Part shown: in pieces, positions 1-8,204 of the stretch | How the letters are laid out: each line of letters starts with the position of its first letter | Numbering within the stretch: position 1 is the stretch's first letter | Assembly (NCBI GenBank): GCA_038245905.1 | Contig: JBBRRY010000035.1 | Location: 1-33,902 of the forward strand | Source of the DNA: Thermoanaerobaculia bacterium | Lineage (GTDB): Bacteria; Acidobacteriota; Thermoanaerobaculia; UBA5066 | DNA length: 33,902 nucleotides | Direction: 5' to 3' | The notes under the pieces: model-generated | The model's input: only the letters and a program-made list of their open reading frames with translations | What the model was told of the DNA's origin: nothing | The model's database searches: none | Position numbers and translations under genes: made by a program

Positions 1-56
1 AGCACGCGGCTTTCGGGACTGTCAATCAAATCTGCCAAGAGGAGGTGACAGTCCAC

Positions 57-119
57 ATGCCAGCGAAGAAGAAGGCCGCCAAGAAGAGCACCAAGAAGGC
101 GAAAAAGGGTAAGAAGTAG
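57..119 (+). CDS. Lys-rich micro-protein MPAKKKAAKKSTKKAKKGKK (20 aa), not in the ORF track
   Basis: SD AGGAGGTG at 40-47, ATG 57, TAG 117-119; 10 of 11 Lys codons are AAG; intrinsic terminator downstream. Confidence 0.7.
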   Translation: MPAKKKAAKKSTKKAKKGKK

Positions 120-163
120 TTACCTTCTCATAACCTGTTCTTATCAAGGTATTTCCGGGATTC

Positions 164-192
164 GGGGGCTGAATCAGCCCCCTTATTTTTTT
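164..192 (+). terminator. Rho-independent terminator
   Basis: GGGGGCTG-AAT-CAGCCCCC stem-loop followed by TTATTTTTTT. Confidence 0.8.
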
Positions 193-262
193 GTCCAGGC
201 GCATCGGGGCCACACCCGCGCCGGTAGATTTCCACAGGCTCATCCACGCCTTTTCCACGGCA

Positions 263-289
263 GTATGTAACTCTTTATATACTTGCGCG
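263..289 (+). promoter_or_regulatory. -10 box TATACT (278-283) overlapped by an imperfect palindrome GTATGTAA-CTCT-TTATATAC; probable PadR operator and leaderless promoter
   Basis: Contains ATGT-N8-ATAT, one mismatch from the ATGT-N8-ACAT PadR site of Bacillus; the -10 lies 6 nt before ATG 290 and there is no SD. Confidence 0.55.
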
Positions 290-799
290 ATGTCTCTCTC
301 TCACGTCCTTCTCGGGCTGCTCGCGCGCGGTCCGGCGAGCGGCTGGGACCTCGGGTCCCGCCTCTCCGGAGATCCCGCCCTCGGATGGAACGCGGAGCTC
401 GCGCAGATCTACCCCGCACTTCGCCGCCTCCTGCGCGGCGGCTTCGTCGCGCTTCGGCGGCGGCGCTCTCCGAACGGGCCGCCGCGGCGCGAATACCGGC
501 TCACCGCCGCGGGGCGCCGGGAATTCCGCGAATGGCTCGCCGAGCCGCTCGAGATCCCGAAGCCGCACGCCGCCGCCCTCGCCCGGCTCGCCTTCCTGGA
601 GAAGCGATCGCACGAGACGCGTCTTGCGTCGCTGCAGCTCTATCGTGTCCTTCTCTCGGACGAGCTGATGCGCGCTTCGCCCGAGACGACGGCCGCGCGG
701 CGGAGACGACGCATGCTCCTCGAGGCGGAGCTGCACTGGGCGGACGCGGAGATCGGGGCGGCGCTCTCGGGGCGTACGCTCTCCACGGAGAGACGATGA
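290..799 (+). CDS. PadR-family transcriptional regulator
   Basis: MSLSHVLLGLLARGPASGWDL...QIYPALRRL...RREYRLTAAGRREFREWL, a typical PadR/AphA winged HTH with a C-terminal helical domain; start reassigned to ATG 290. Confidence 0.9.
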   Translation: MSLSHVLLGLLARGPASGWDLGSRLSGDPALGWNAELAQIYPALRRLLRGGFVALRRRRSPNGPPRREYRLTAAGRREFREWLAEPLEIPKPHAAALARLAFLEKRSHETRLASLQLYRVLLSDELMRASPETTAARRRRRMLLEAELHWADAEIGAALSGRTLSTERR

Positions 800-2496
800 A
801 CGCACGAGAAGCGCTCGCGAGACTCGAGAGCCTCCGGAACGCGAGGGGTCAGGAGGCGGCGGCCGCTAAGAAGGCCTGCCTCGGGATCCTCGCGCGGCGC
901 CCCGTCGGCACGGCGCGCGCGGTGAAACGGCTCCACGAGGCCCTCTGCTTCCTGCGCGCATACCCCGACGACCCCTCTGTGCTCGCGAGCGTCGTGTCGA
1001 TGCTCGCGGGATTCGCGCTGAGAGCGGACCTCCGCCGCCATCGCCGCGCGCTCGAAGACACCGGGATCGCCGGCACCCGGATCCGCTTTCCGTTCTTCGC
1101 GGGCACCGCCCGCTGGCTCGCCGCGCGCTGGGCAGGCCGTCTCACCGTGGACTGGAAGGCATTCACGAACCGTGCGGCGCTCGAGCGCGTCCTGCCTCTC
1201 GTCTCTCTTCCCGCCGAGGCGCCGGGTCTCGACGAGCTGGATCTCGGCGCGCGCGGATGGGTGAAGCGGCTCAAGGGCCCCGCCGAGACGGATGCGGCGT
1301 TTCTGATCCGCCGGCTCGAGGCTCTGGGGCGCGACACCTTCGAGCAGGAGTGGGCCTACGAAGGTCTCGAGCTGCCCCTCGTTCTCGCGCCGGGTCCGGG
1401 CGGGCCGTCCCGCTCGGAAGCCGCGTCGGCGGTTTCCACGGTTCACTTCCAGACCACGCCTTTCGCGAGCGGACGGCCCGATCTCCGGCGCGACCTCGCA
1501 CGGCCCCCCGGGAGAGTCGTCACGGTTTCTTCCGCGGACGGCCGAGGACTCCTCGACCTCGCGCGGGTCTCGATGGTCACCCGCGAGCGCGATCTCGACA
1601 TCTTCCAGTGGGGAGACCCGGACGGTGTCCGCCTCGTGCATTTCGAGGACGGCCTCTCGTTCGCCGTGATCGGCGCGATCGCCGAGCGCCGGCTCCTCCT
1701 CGAATCCGTGTACGGCTTCCTGACCCTGAAGAACGGCGTGCCGGTCGGCTACGTCCTCGTGAGCGCGCTCTTCGGCTCCTCGGAGATCGCGTACAACGTC
1801 TTCGAGACGTTCCGCGGAGGCGAGTCGGGCCGCATCTACGGAAAGGTCCTGTCCACCGCCCGGCATCTCTTCGGTTCGGACGTCTTCACGATCTTCCCGT
1901 ACCAGCTCGGAGGCTATGGCAACCCCGAGGCGCTCGCATCGGGAGCCTGGTGGTTCTACCAGAAGCTCGGCTTTCGGCCTCGGGCGCCGCGGGCCGTGGC
2001 CGTCATGAATCAGGAGCTCTCCCGTCTCGCGGCGAATGCGGAATACCGCTCCTCCCGGGCCACATTGAAGATCGTCGCGTCCGAGAACCTCTACTTCAAT
2101 CTGGGGAAAGAGCGCGACGACACGATCGGCATCCTCGAGCTGCCGAACGTCGGCCTCGCCGTGACCGACATGCTCGCAAGGCGCTTCGGCTCGGGCCGCG
2201 AGAGGGCCGAGGCCGTTCTCACCCTCGAGGCGCGGGACCTCCTCGGCCTCCGCACGCTCTCGGCCTGGAATGAGAAAGAACGTCTCGCGTTCCGCCGCTG
2301 GGCGCCACTCGTGACGATCCTTCCCGGAGCCCCACGCTGGACGCCGGCACAAAAGCGCGGCCTCGCGGCGGTCATCCGGGCGAAGGGCGGCCGTCACGAA
2401 TCGGACTTCGTCCGCCTCTTCGACGCGCATCGACCGCTGCGTCGCGCGATCTCGGCGCTTGCGGCGCCGGCCGCGCCCGGCCTCAGCCCGGGCTGA
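796..2496 (+). CDS. Hypothetical protein (566 aa) with a divergent GNAT-like C-terminal half
   Basis: ATGA overlap with the padR stop; SEIAYNVFETFRGGESG (motif A-like) and NPEALASGAWWFYQKLGF (motif B-like). Confidence 0.7.
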   Translation: MNAREALARLESLRNARGQEAAAAKKACLGILARRPVGTARAVKRLHEALCFLRAYPDDPSVLASVVSMLAGFALRADLRRHRRALEDTGIAGTRIRFPFFAGTARWLAARWAGRLTVDWKAFTNRAALERVLPLVSLPAEAPGLDELDLGARGWVKRLKGPAETDAAFLIRRLEALGRDTFEQEWAYEGLELPLVLAPGPGGPSRSEAASAVSTVHFQTTPFASGRPDLRRDLARPPGRVVTVSSADGRGLLDLARVSMVTRERDLDIFQWGDPDGVRLVHFEDGLSFAVIGAIAERRLLLESVYGFLTLKNGVPVGYVLVSALFGSSEIAYNVFETFRGGESGRIYGKVLSTARHLFGSDVFTIFPYQLGGYGNPEALASGAWWFYQKLGFRPRAPRAVAVMNQELSRLAANAEYRSSRATLKIVASENLYFNLGKERDDTIGILELPNVGLAVTDMLARRFGSGRERAEAVLTLEARDLLGLRTLSAWNEKERLAFRRWAPLVTILPGAPRWTPAQKRGLAAVIRAKGGRHESDFVRLFDAHRPLRRAISALAAPAAPGLSPG

Positions 2497-4867
2497 GGTT
2501 CGCGAAGCGGGCGACGAACTTCTTGCGGCCTGCGGAATCGAAGTATACGACCACCTTCTCCGCGTCGCCCGAGCCCTCGATCGTCAGGACGACTCCGATC
2601 CCGTATTCCGGGTGGCGCACCTTCGAGCCGCGGCGATAGCCGGAGGCCGTGGGCGGAGGCGGCGTCCGCTTCATGACGGGGCGGACGGGCGTGATGTTCC
2701 GCGCGGGGAATCGTCCGAAGAGGGATTTCTTAGATGAGGAAGAGGCGGACGGAGCCTCCTGGGACTCGTTTTCGTAGTCCGGGAAGAGCGCGCCGCCACC
2801 CGAACCGAACCCGCGCCCACCACCGAAACCGCCGCCAGAGCCGAGCCCCCGCCCACGTGCGCCGCCTCTCCCTCCACCTTCTAAGAGATCCCCCGTTCTT
2901 CCCCTTCCGAAACCAGAAGTCAGATCTTCCTGTTCGAGCACGGACTCCGGAATCGCGGACAGGAACGGCGACGGCTCGCGGCTCATCCACTCGCCCCGCA
3001 CCATCCGCCGGAGGACATACGAGAGCGTCAGGCGCTCCTTCGCGCGGGTCATCCCGACGTAGGCGAGGCGGCGCTCCTCCTCGAACTGCTCCTCGTCGTC
3101 CTTCGACGACGCGTGCGGAAGCGAGCCGTCCTCGAACCCCGCGAGGAACACGTCGTCGAACTCGAGCCCCTTGGCCGCGTGGAGCGTGATGAGAAGAATG
3201 CCCTTCTTCTCGTCCACGTCGTCCGCGTCGGCCCGGAGTGTCACGGCGTCGAGAAAGCCCGCGGCGGACGGGTCGTCCCCCTCGCCTCCGTATGAGGCCG
3301 CCCGCTCGTGCTCGCGCGCGGCAGCCAGAAGCTCGTCGAGATTCTCGCGGCGCGCCTCGTCCTGCGGGTCGAGGGAGTTCTCGTAGAGCTTCGCGAGACC
3401 GGTCTCCTCGAGCATGAGGGCGACCGAGGCGCCCGCGCCGTTCTCCCCGACCGCCGCGAATTTCCGCAGCCGTTCGACGACGACGCGGAACTCATTCAGC
3501 GCCTTCTTCGCGCGCTCCGTGAGATCCATGGGCAGACGGTCGAGGGCCGCGAGAAGCGAGACGCCGTCCTCGCTCGCCTGGGCCTCGACTCTTTCCATCG
3601 TGGCCGCGCCGATACCCCGCGCCGGCACATTGACGACCCTCCGGAACGAGACGTCGTCGGCCGGGTTCGCTGCGAGGCGCAGGTACGCGAGCGCATCCTT
3701 GATCTCCGCCCGCTCGTAGAACTTCGTCCCGCCCACGAGGATGTACGACATGTTCGAGCGCAGGAGCTCGTCCTCGAACGCGCGCGACTGCGCGTTCGTC
3801 CGGTACAGGACCGCCACCTCGCTACCCGGGCGCGCGCGCCGCGCCGCCGCGATCCTGGAGACGATCTCCCGAGCCTCGTCGCGCTCCTCGTCAAACACGG
3901 CAAGGCGTACCTTCTCGCCCCCCGTCTTCGTGGCCTTGAGCGTCTTGCCGAGGCGGCGGCGGTTCTCGGCAACGACCGCGCCCGCGGCCTTCAGGATCGG
4001 CGCCCGCGACCGGTAGTTCCGTTCGAGGCGGACCGTCTTCGCCGTCGGGAAGTCGCGCGTGAACTCCAGAATGTTCGAGACGTCCGCGCCGCGCCAGCGA
4101 TAGATGGACTGGTCCTCGTCGCCCACGACAAAGAGATTCCCGGCCTCCCCCGCGATGAGCCGCACGAGCTTCGCCTGCACGCGGTTCGTGTCCTGATATT
4201 CGTCCACGAGGAGATGCCGGATGCTTCGCTGGAGCAGCGTGCGCACGTCGTCCCGCGCCGCCACGAGGCGCGTCGACAGGATCAGGAGATCGTCGAAATC
4301 GAGAGCCTTGGACGCGCGAAGCGCCTTCTCGTACGCCCGGGAAATATCCGCAAGCCGCGACCCAAGAAAATCCCCGAAGCGGCGCGGGTAGTCGTCGGGC
4401 TGGATCCCCTCGTTCTTGGCCTGCGAGATCCGCGACTGGATCTGGCGCGGCGTGGCGGACTTCTCCGGGAGGGCAACTTCCTTCATCGCGCGCTTCACGA
4501 CGGCGAGCTGGTCGTCCGAGTCGAAGACGACGAAGCCCTTCGGAACGCCCGATTCGTCCGGGAAGCGCCGGAGAAGCCGCACGCCCCAGGCGTGGAATGT
4601 TCCGACGAAGGAGCGGGGCCGATCCGTGCCGAGGAGGGCGCCGACGCGCTCTTTCATCTCGCCCGCCGCCTTGTTCGTGAACGTGACCGCGACGACGCCC
4701 TCTTGCGGAACTCCGTGAGCCACGACCCACGCGAGGCGGCGCGTCAAGACGCGCGTCTTCCCCGAGCCCGCGCCCGCAAGGACGAGGAGCGGCCCCTCGC
4801 CGTGCGACACGGCGGCGGCCTGTTCGGGGTTGAGGCCTTCGAGAAGATCTTCCGGGCGGGCGACCAA
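2483..4867 (-). CDS. pcrA: ATP-dependent DNA helicase PcrA/UvrD
   Basis: LNPEQ, AGAGSGKT, TFTNKAA, VDEYQDTN, VGDEDQSIYRWRGA, LERNYRS, TLHAAKGLEF, EERRLAYVGMTRA and a C-terminal Tudor-like KVRHPEYGIG; TTG 4867 start is tentative. Confidence 0.95.
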   Translation of the reverse strand: MVARPEDLLEGLNPEQAAAVSHGEGPLLVLAGAGSGKTRVLTRRLAWVVAHGVPQEGVVAVTFTNKAAGEMKERVGALLGTDRPRSFVGTFHAWGVRLLRRFPDESGVPKGFVVFDSDDQLAVVKRAMKEVALPEKSATPRQIQSRISQAKNEGIQPDDYPRRFGDFLGSRLADISRAYEKALRASKALDFDDLLILSTRLVAARDDVRTLLQRSIRHLLVDEYQDTNRVQAKLVRLIAGEAGNLFVVGDEDQSIYRWRGADVSNILEFTRDFPTAKTVRLERNYRSRAPILKAAGAVVAENRRRLGKTLKATKTGGEKVRLAVFDEERDEAREIVSRIAAARRARPGSEVAVLYRTNAQSRAFEDELLRSNMSYILVGGTKFYERAEIKDALAYLRLAANPADDVSFRRVVNVPARGIGAATMERVEAQASEDGVSLLAALDRLPMDLTERAKKALNEFRVVVERLRKFAAVGENGAGASVALMLEETGLAKLYENSLDPQDEARRENLDELLAAAREHERAASYGGEGDDPSAAGFLDAVTLRADADDVDEKKGILLITLHAAKGLEFDDVFLAGFEDGSLPHASSKDDEEQFEEERRLAYVGMTRAKERLTLSYVLRRMVRGEWMSREPSPFLSAIPESVLEQEDLTSGFGRGRTGDLLEGGGRGGARGRGLGSGGGFGGGRGFGSGGGALFPDYENESQEAPSASSSSKKSLFGRFPARNITPVRPVMKRTPPPPTASGYRRGSKVRHPEYGIGVVLTIEGSGDAEKVVVYFDSAGRKKFVARFANLSPG

Positions 4868-4966
4868 GGGGGGCGATGGTAGCGCAGAGGCCGTGGGGCA
4901 TGATTCAGGAAGCCCCATGACGTTCGTCCTCGCCCTCGAAGCTCGAAGGGCTGGGCGTAAGGGTCC

Positions 4967-6811
4967 CTATTCGACCGTGACAGACTTCGCGAGGTTGCGC
5001 GGCTGGTCCACGTCGCAGCCACGGAGGACAGCGACGTGGTACGCGAGGAGCTGGAGCGGAACGACCGATACGATCGGCTGAAGCGCCGGGTGGATCTTCG
5101 GCAGGGTCAGGACGGCATCCGCGAACGTCGACACGTCCGCGTCTCCCGGGCTCACGAGGGCGATGACGACGGCGTCGCGCGCCTTCGCTTCCCGGAGGTT
5201 CGAGGCGATCTTCTCGTAGAGCGCGTCGTCGGGTGCGAGGCCGATCACGGGCAGCTTGTCGTCGAGGAGCGCGATCGGCCCGTGCTTCATCTCGCCGCCC
5301 GGATACCCCTCCGCATGGAGGTAGGAGATCTCCTTAAGCTTGAGCGCGCCCTCGAGAGCGATCGGGTAATGGGCGCCGCGCCCGAGGAAGAGCATGTCCC
5401 GCGCCTTCTCGAGGCGGCCGGCGAGCTTCTCGATCTCGGGCTCTAAGGCGAGCGCCTCGCGAAGGGCCGAAGGCAGCCGCGCGAGGCCGGCGAGAAACGC
5501 GGCGTCGACCGGCTCCTCGCGCGGGGCGCGCGCCGCCTTGACGTAGTGCGCGAAGAGCGCGAGCGCCACGAGCTGCGTCGTGAAGGCTTTCGTCGACGCG
5601 ACCCCGATCTCCGGTCCCGCGTGCGTCGCGATCACACCGTCGACCATCCGCGCGATCGCCGAGTTCGGCACGTTCACGAGGCCCGTCGTCCGCGCCCCGA
5701 GGCGCCGGGCCTCCTTCAGCGCGGCGACCGTGTCGGCCGTCTCGCCCGACTGCGAGATGCCGAGGACGAGCGTCCGCTCGTCCACGAGCGGCGAGCGGTA
5801 CCGGAATTCGGAGGCGTAGTCGACTCCCACGCGCACACGGGCGATGTCCTCGACGAGGAACTTCCCCACGAGGCCCGCATGCCAGCTCGTGCCGCAGGCT
5901 ACGATCTGCACGCGATCGATTCCGCGAAGGAGCTCGCGCGGAACGCCCATCTCCTCCTCGTTGAAGAGCCCCGTCTCGAGGGAGAGCTTGTTGCCGATCG
6001 TCTCGATGACGACCGTGGGCTGCTCGGCGATCTCCTTCGCCATGAAGTGCGGGTACCCGCCCTTCTCGGCCGACACCGCGTCCCACGCGACGAGGCGGGG
6101 AGGCCGCGCGCGGGGCGCACCATCGAAGCCGGTCACGGTCACGGACGACGCCGTCAGGCGCGCCAGGTCGCCGTCCTCGAGGAAGATCAGGTTTCGCGTG
6201 TAGGCGAGGAGCGCCGTCGCGTCCGAGGCGACGAAGTTCTCCCCTTCGCCGAGGCCGAGCACGAGCGGCGGGCCCCACTTGAGCGCGTACAGGACGCCCG
6301 GCTCGTCCGCCGAGAAGAGGACGAGCGCGAACATCCCTTCGAAGGACGCCACCGTCCGGCGCACGATCTCGGCGAAGGGCGTGCCCGGTTCGGCCCTCTG
6401 CGCCGCGCCGAGGGCCTGGGCGACGACCTCGGTGTCGGTCTCGGAGAGGAACCGGACTCCCTGCGCCTGGAGCCGCTTCTTCTCCGGCAGGAAGTTTTCG
6501 ATGATTCCGTTGTGGATGACGACGACGCGGCCCGAGGCGTCGCGGTGCGGGTGCGCGTTCTCTTCGGAGGGCCGGCCGTGCGTCGCCCATCGCGTGTGCC
6601 CGATTCCGAACCGGCCCTGCGGCGGGTCCTTTGCGATCTTCTCCGTCAGGTTGCCGAGCTTGCCCTCGCTGCGCGCAACGCGGACGACCGCGTCGTCTCC
6701 CACGACGGCGATGCCCGCAGAGTCGTAGCCCCGGTATTCGAGACGCTTCAGCCCCTCCAGGAGGACCGGCGTCGCCTCGCGCGGGCCGACGTAGCCCACG
6801 ATGCCGCACAC
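4967..6811 (-). CDS. glmS: Glutamine--fructose-6-phosphate aminotransferase
   Basis: GTG start then CGIVG; LEYRGYDSAG, GHTRWATHG, SQSGETADT; C-terminus PRNLAKSVTVE. Confidence 0.98.
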   Translation of the reverse strand: MCGIVGYVGPREATPVLLEGLKRLEYRGYDSAGIAVVGDDAVVRVARSEGKLGNLTEKIAKDPPQGRFGIGHTRWATHGRPSEENAHPHRDASGRVVVIHNGIIENFLPEKKRLQAQGVRFLSETDTEVVAQALGAAQRAEPGTPFAEIVRRTVASFEGMFALVLFSADEPGVLYALKWGPPLVLGLGEGENFVASDATALLAYTRNLIFLEDGDLARLTASSVTVTGFDGAPRARPPRLVAWDAVSAEKGGYPHFMAKEIAEQPTVVIETIGNKLSLETGLFNEEEMGVPRELLRGIDRVQIVACGTSWHAGLVGKFLVEDIARVRVGVDYASEFRYRSPLVDERTLVLGISQSGETADTVAALKEARRLGARTTGLVNVPNSAIARMVDGVIATHAGPEIGVASTKAFTTQLVALALFAHYVKAARAPREEPVDAAFLAGLARLPSALREALALEPEIEKLAGRLEKARDMLFLGRGAHYPIALEGALKLKEISYLHAEGYPGGEMKHGPIALLDDKLPVIGLAPDDALYEKIASNLREAKARDAVVIALVSPGDADVSTFADAVLTLPKIHPALQPIVSVVPLQLLAYHVAVLRGCDVDQPRNLAKSVTVE

Positions 6812-6815
6812 GGTG

Positions 6816-8204
6816 TCAGCTCTTCTTCTTCCGCGCGCGGTACAGGGCACCGCCCCGCTCGACGTTTTTCTGCGGCGATCGCGAGACGGCGAGGCCGTCC
6901 CCCGGAACGTCCTCCGTCACGGTCGTGCCCGCGCCGATGACGGCGCCGTCGCCGACCGTCACGGGCGCGACGAGCTGCGAGTCCGAACCGACGAAGACGT
7001 CTCGGCCGATCGTCGTCTTGTGCTTCTGGAAACCGTCGTAGTTGCACGTGATGACGCCGGCGCCGACGTTCGTGCGTTCGCCGATCTCCGTGTCGCCGAG
7101 GTACGTCAGGTGGTTCGCCTTGACGCCCGCGTGGAGCTTCGCCTTCTTCGTCTCGACGAAATTGCCGACGTGGACACCCGCTCCGAGATCCGTACCCTCT
7201 CGAAGACGTGCGAACGGGCCCACGACGGCGCCGTCGCCGATCCGGGCTTCCTCGATCACGCTGTAAGGCCTGATCGTGACGCCACGTCCGAGCACCGCGT
7301 CACGGATCACGGCTCCCTGCCCGATCCGGCTGCCCGCACCGACCCTCGTCTTCCCGAGAAGAGTCGCGAACGGCTCGACGACCACGTCCGTGCCGAGGGT
7401 GACGCCGTCGTCGAGCGTGATCGTCTCGGGGCGGAGGAGCGTCGCGCCCGCGGCCATCGCGGCCTCCGCGTTCCGGCGGCGAAGGATGGAATCCACGCGG
7501 GCGAGATCGGCACGGAAGTTCACGCCGAGGGCTGCGCTCGCGTCGCCTTCGACGGTCACGACGCGCCGCTTCGCCTTCAGCGCAAGCAGAAGAACGTCGG
7601 TCAGATAGAACTCGTTCTGGGAATTCTTTGAAGTGAGGAGAGGGAGAGATTTCTCCAGGAAGGCGCGGTCGAACGCGTAGGTGCCGGTGTTGATCTCGGA
7701 AATCCTCTTCTCTTCACTCGAAGAATCTCTCTCTTCCACGATCTTCACGAACCGGCCCTTCGTGCGAACGACGCGCCCGTAGCCCGTGGGGTCCGCGAGC
7801 TTCGCCGTCAGGACCGCGACGGCGGCCTTCGGCTCCGCGTCGAGTGCGCGGAGGAGACTCGTGACGCTCGTCGCGTCGAGGAGCGGAACGTCGCCCGACA
7901 AGACGACGACCTGCTTCGCCTTCCCGAACTGCGCCGCCGCGGCGCGGACGGCGTCGCCGGTGCCGCGCGGAGGATCCTGAAGCGCAACGCGGACGCGGGG
8001 GTGGTTCGCCTTCAGGTGCTCCACGACCGCAGCGCCCTCCTTCGAGACGACGACGACGACGTGTCCCGCGCTCGCCGCGACGACTCTCGCGGCGTCGAGG
8101 GCGCGGTCGAGAAGCGGGCGGCCGGCGGCCTCGTGCAGAACTTTCGGCCGCGCGGACCTCATCCTCACGCCGCGGCCCGCGGCGAGGAGGACGACGACGG
8201 TCAT
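6816..8204 (-). CDS. glmU: Bifunctional UDP-GlcNAc pyrophosphorylase / glucosamine-1-phosphate acetyltransferase
   Basis: LAAGRGVRMRSARPKVLH, GDVPL, GYGRVVR, EINTG, EFYLTD, hexapeptide repeats, GNFVETK, ITCNYDG. Confidence 0.97.
   Translation of the reverse strand: MTVVVLLAAGRGVRMRSARPKVLHEAAGRPLLDRALDAARVVAASAGHVVVVVSKEGAAVVEHLKANHPRVRVALQDPPRGTGDAVRAAAAQFGKAKQVVVLSGDVPLLDATSVTSLLRALDAEPKAAVAVLTAKLADPTGYGRVVRTKGRFVKIVEERDSSSEEKRISEINTGTYAFDRAFLEKSLPLLTSKNSQNEFYLTDVLLLALKAKRRVVTVEGDASAALGVNFRADLARVDSILRRRNAEAAMAAGATLLRPETITLDDGVTLGTDVVVEPFATLLGKTRVGAGSRIGQGAVIRDAVLGRGVTIRPYSVIEEARIGDGAVVGPFARLREGTDLGAGVHVGNFVETKKAKLHAGVKANHLTYLGDTEIGERTNVGAGVITCNYDGFQKHKTTIGRDVFVGSDSQLVAPVTVGDGAVIGAGTTVTEDVPGDGLAVSRSPQKNVERGGALYRARKKKS

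Noticed and set aside
57-192. Type I toxin-antitoxin interpretation of the micro-ORF
   Set aside because: The peptide has no hydrophobic segment and no convincing antisense promoter was seen
120-290. oriC call for the AT-richer intergenic region
   Set aside because: Only three imperfect boxes and no dnaA, dnaN or other origin-linked genes; kept only as a low-interest finding
6812-6815. glmS ribozyme or riboswitch upstream of glmS
   Set aside because: Only 4 nt separate glmU from glmS, so there is no room
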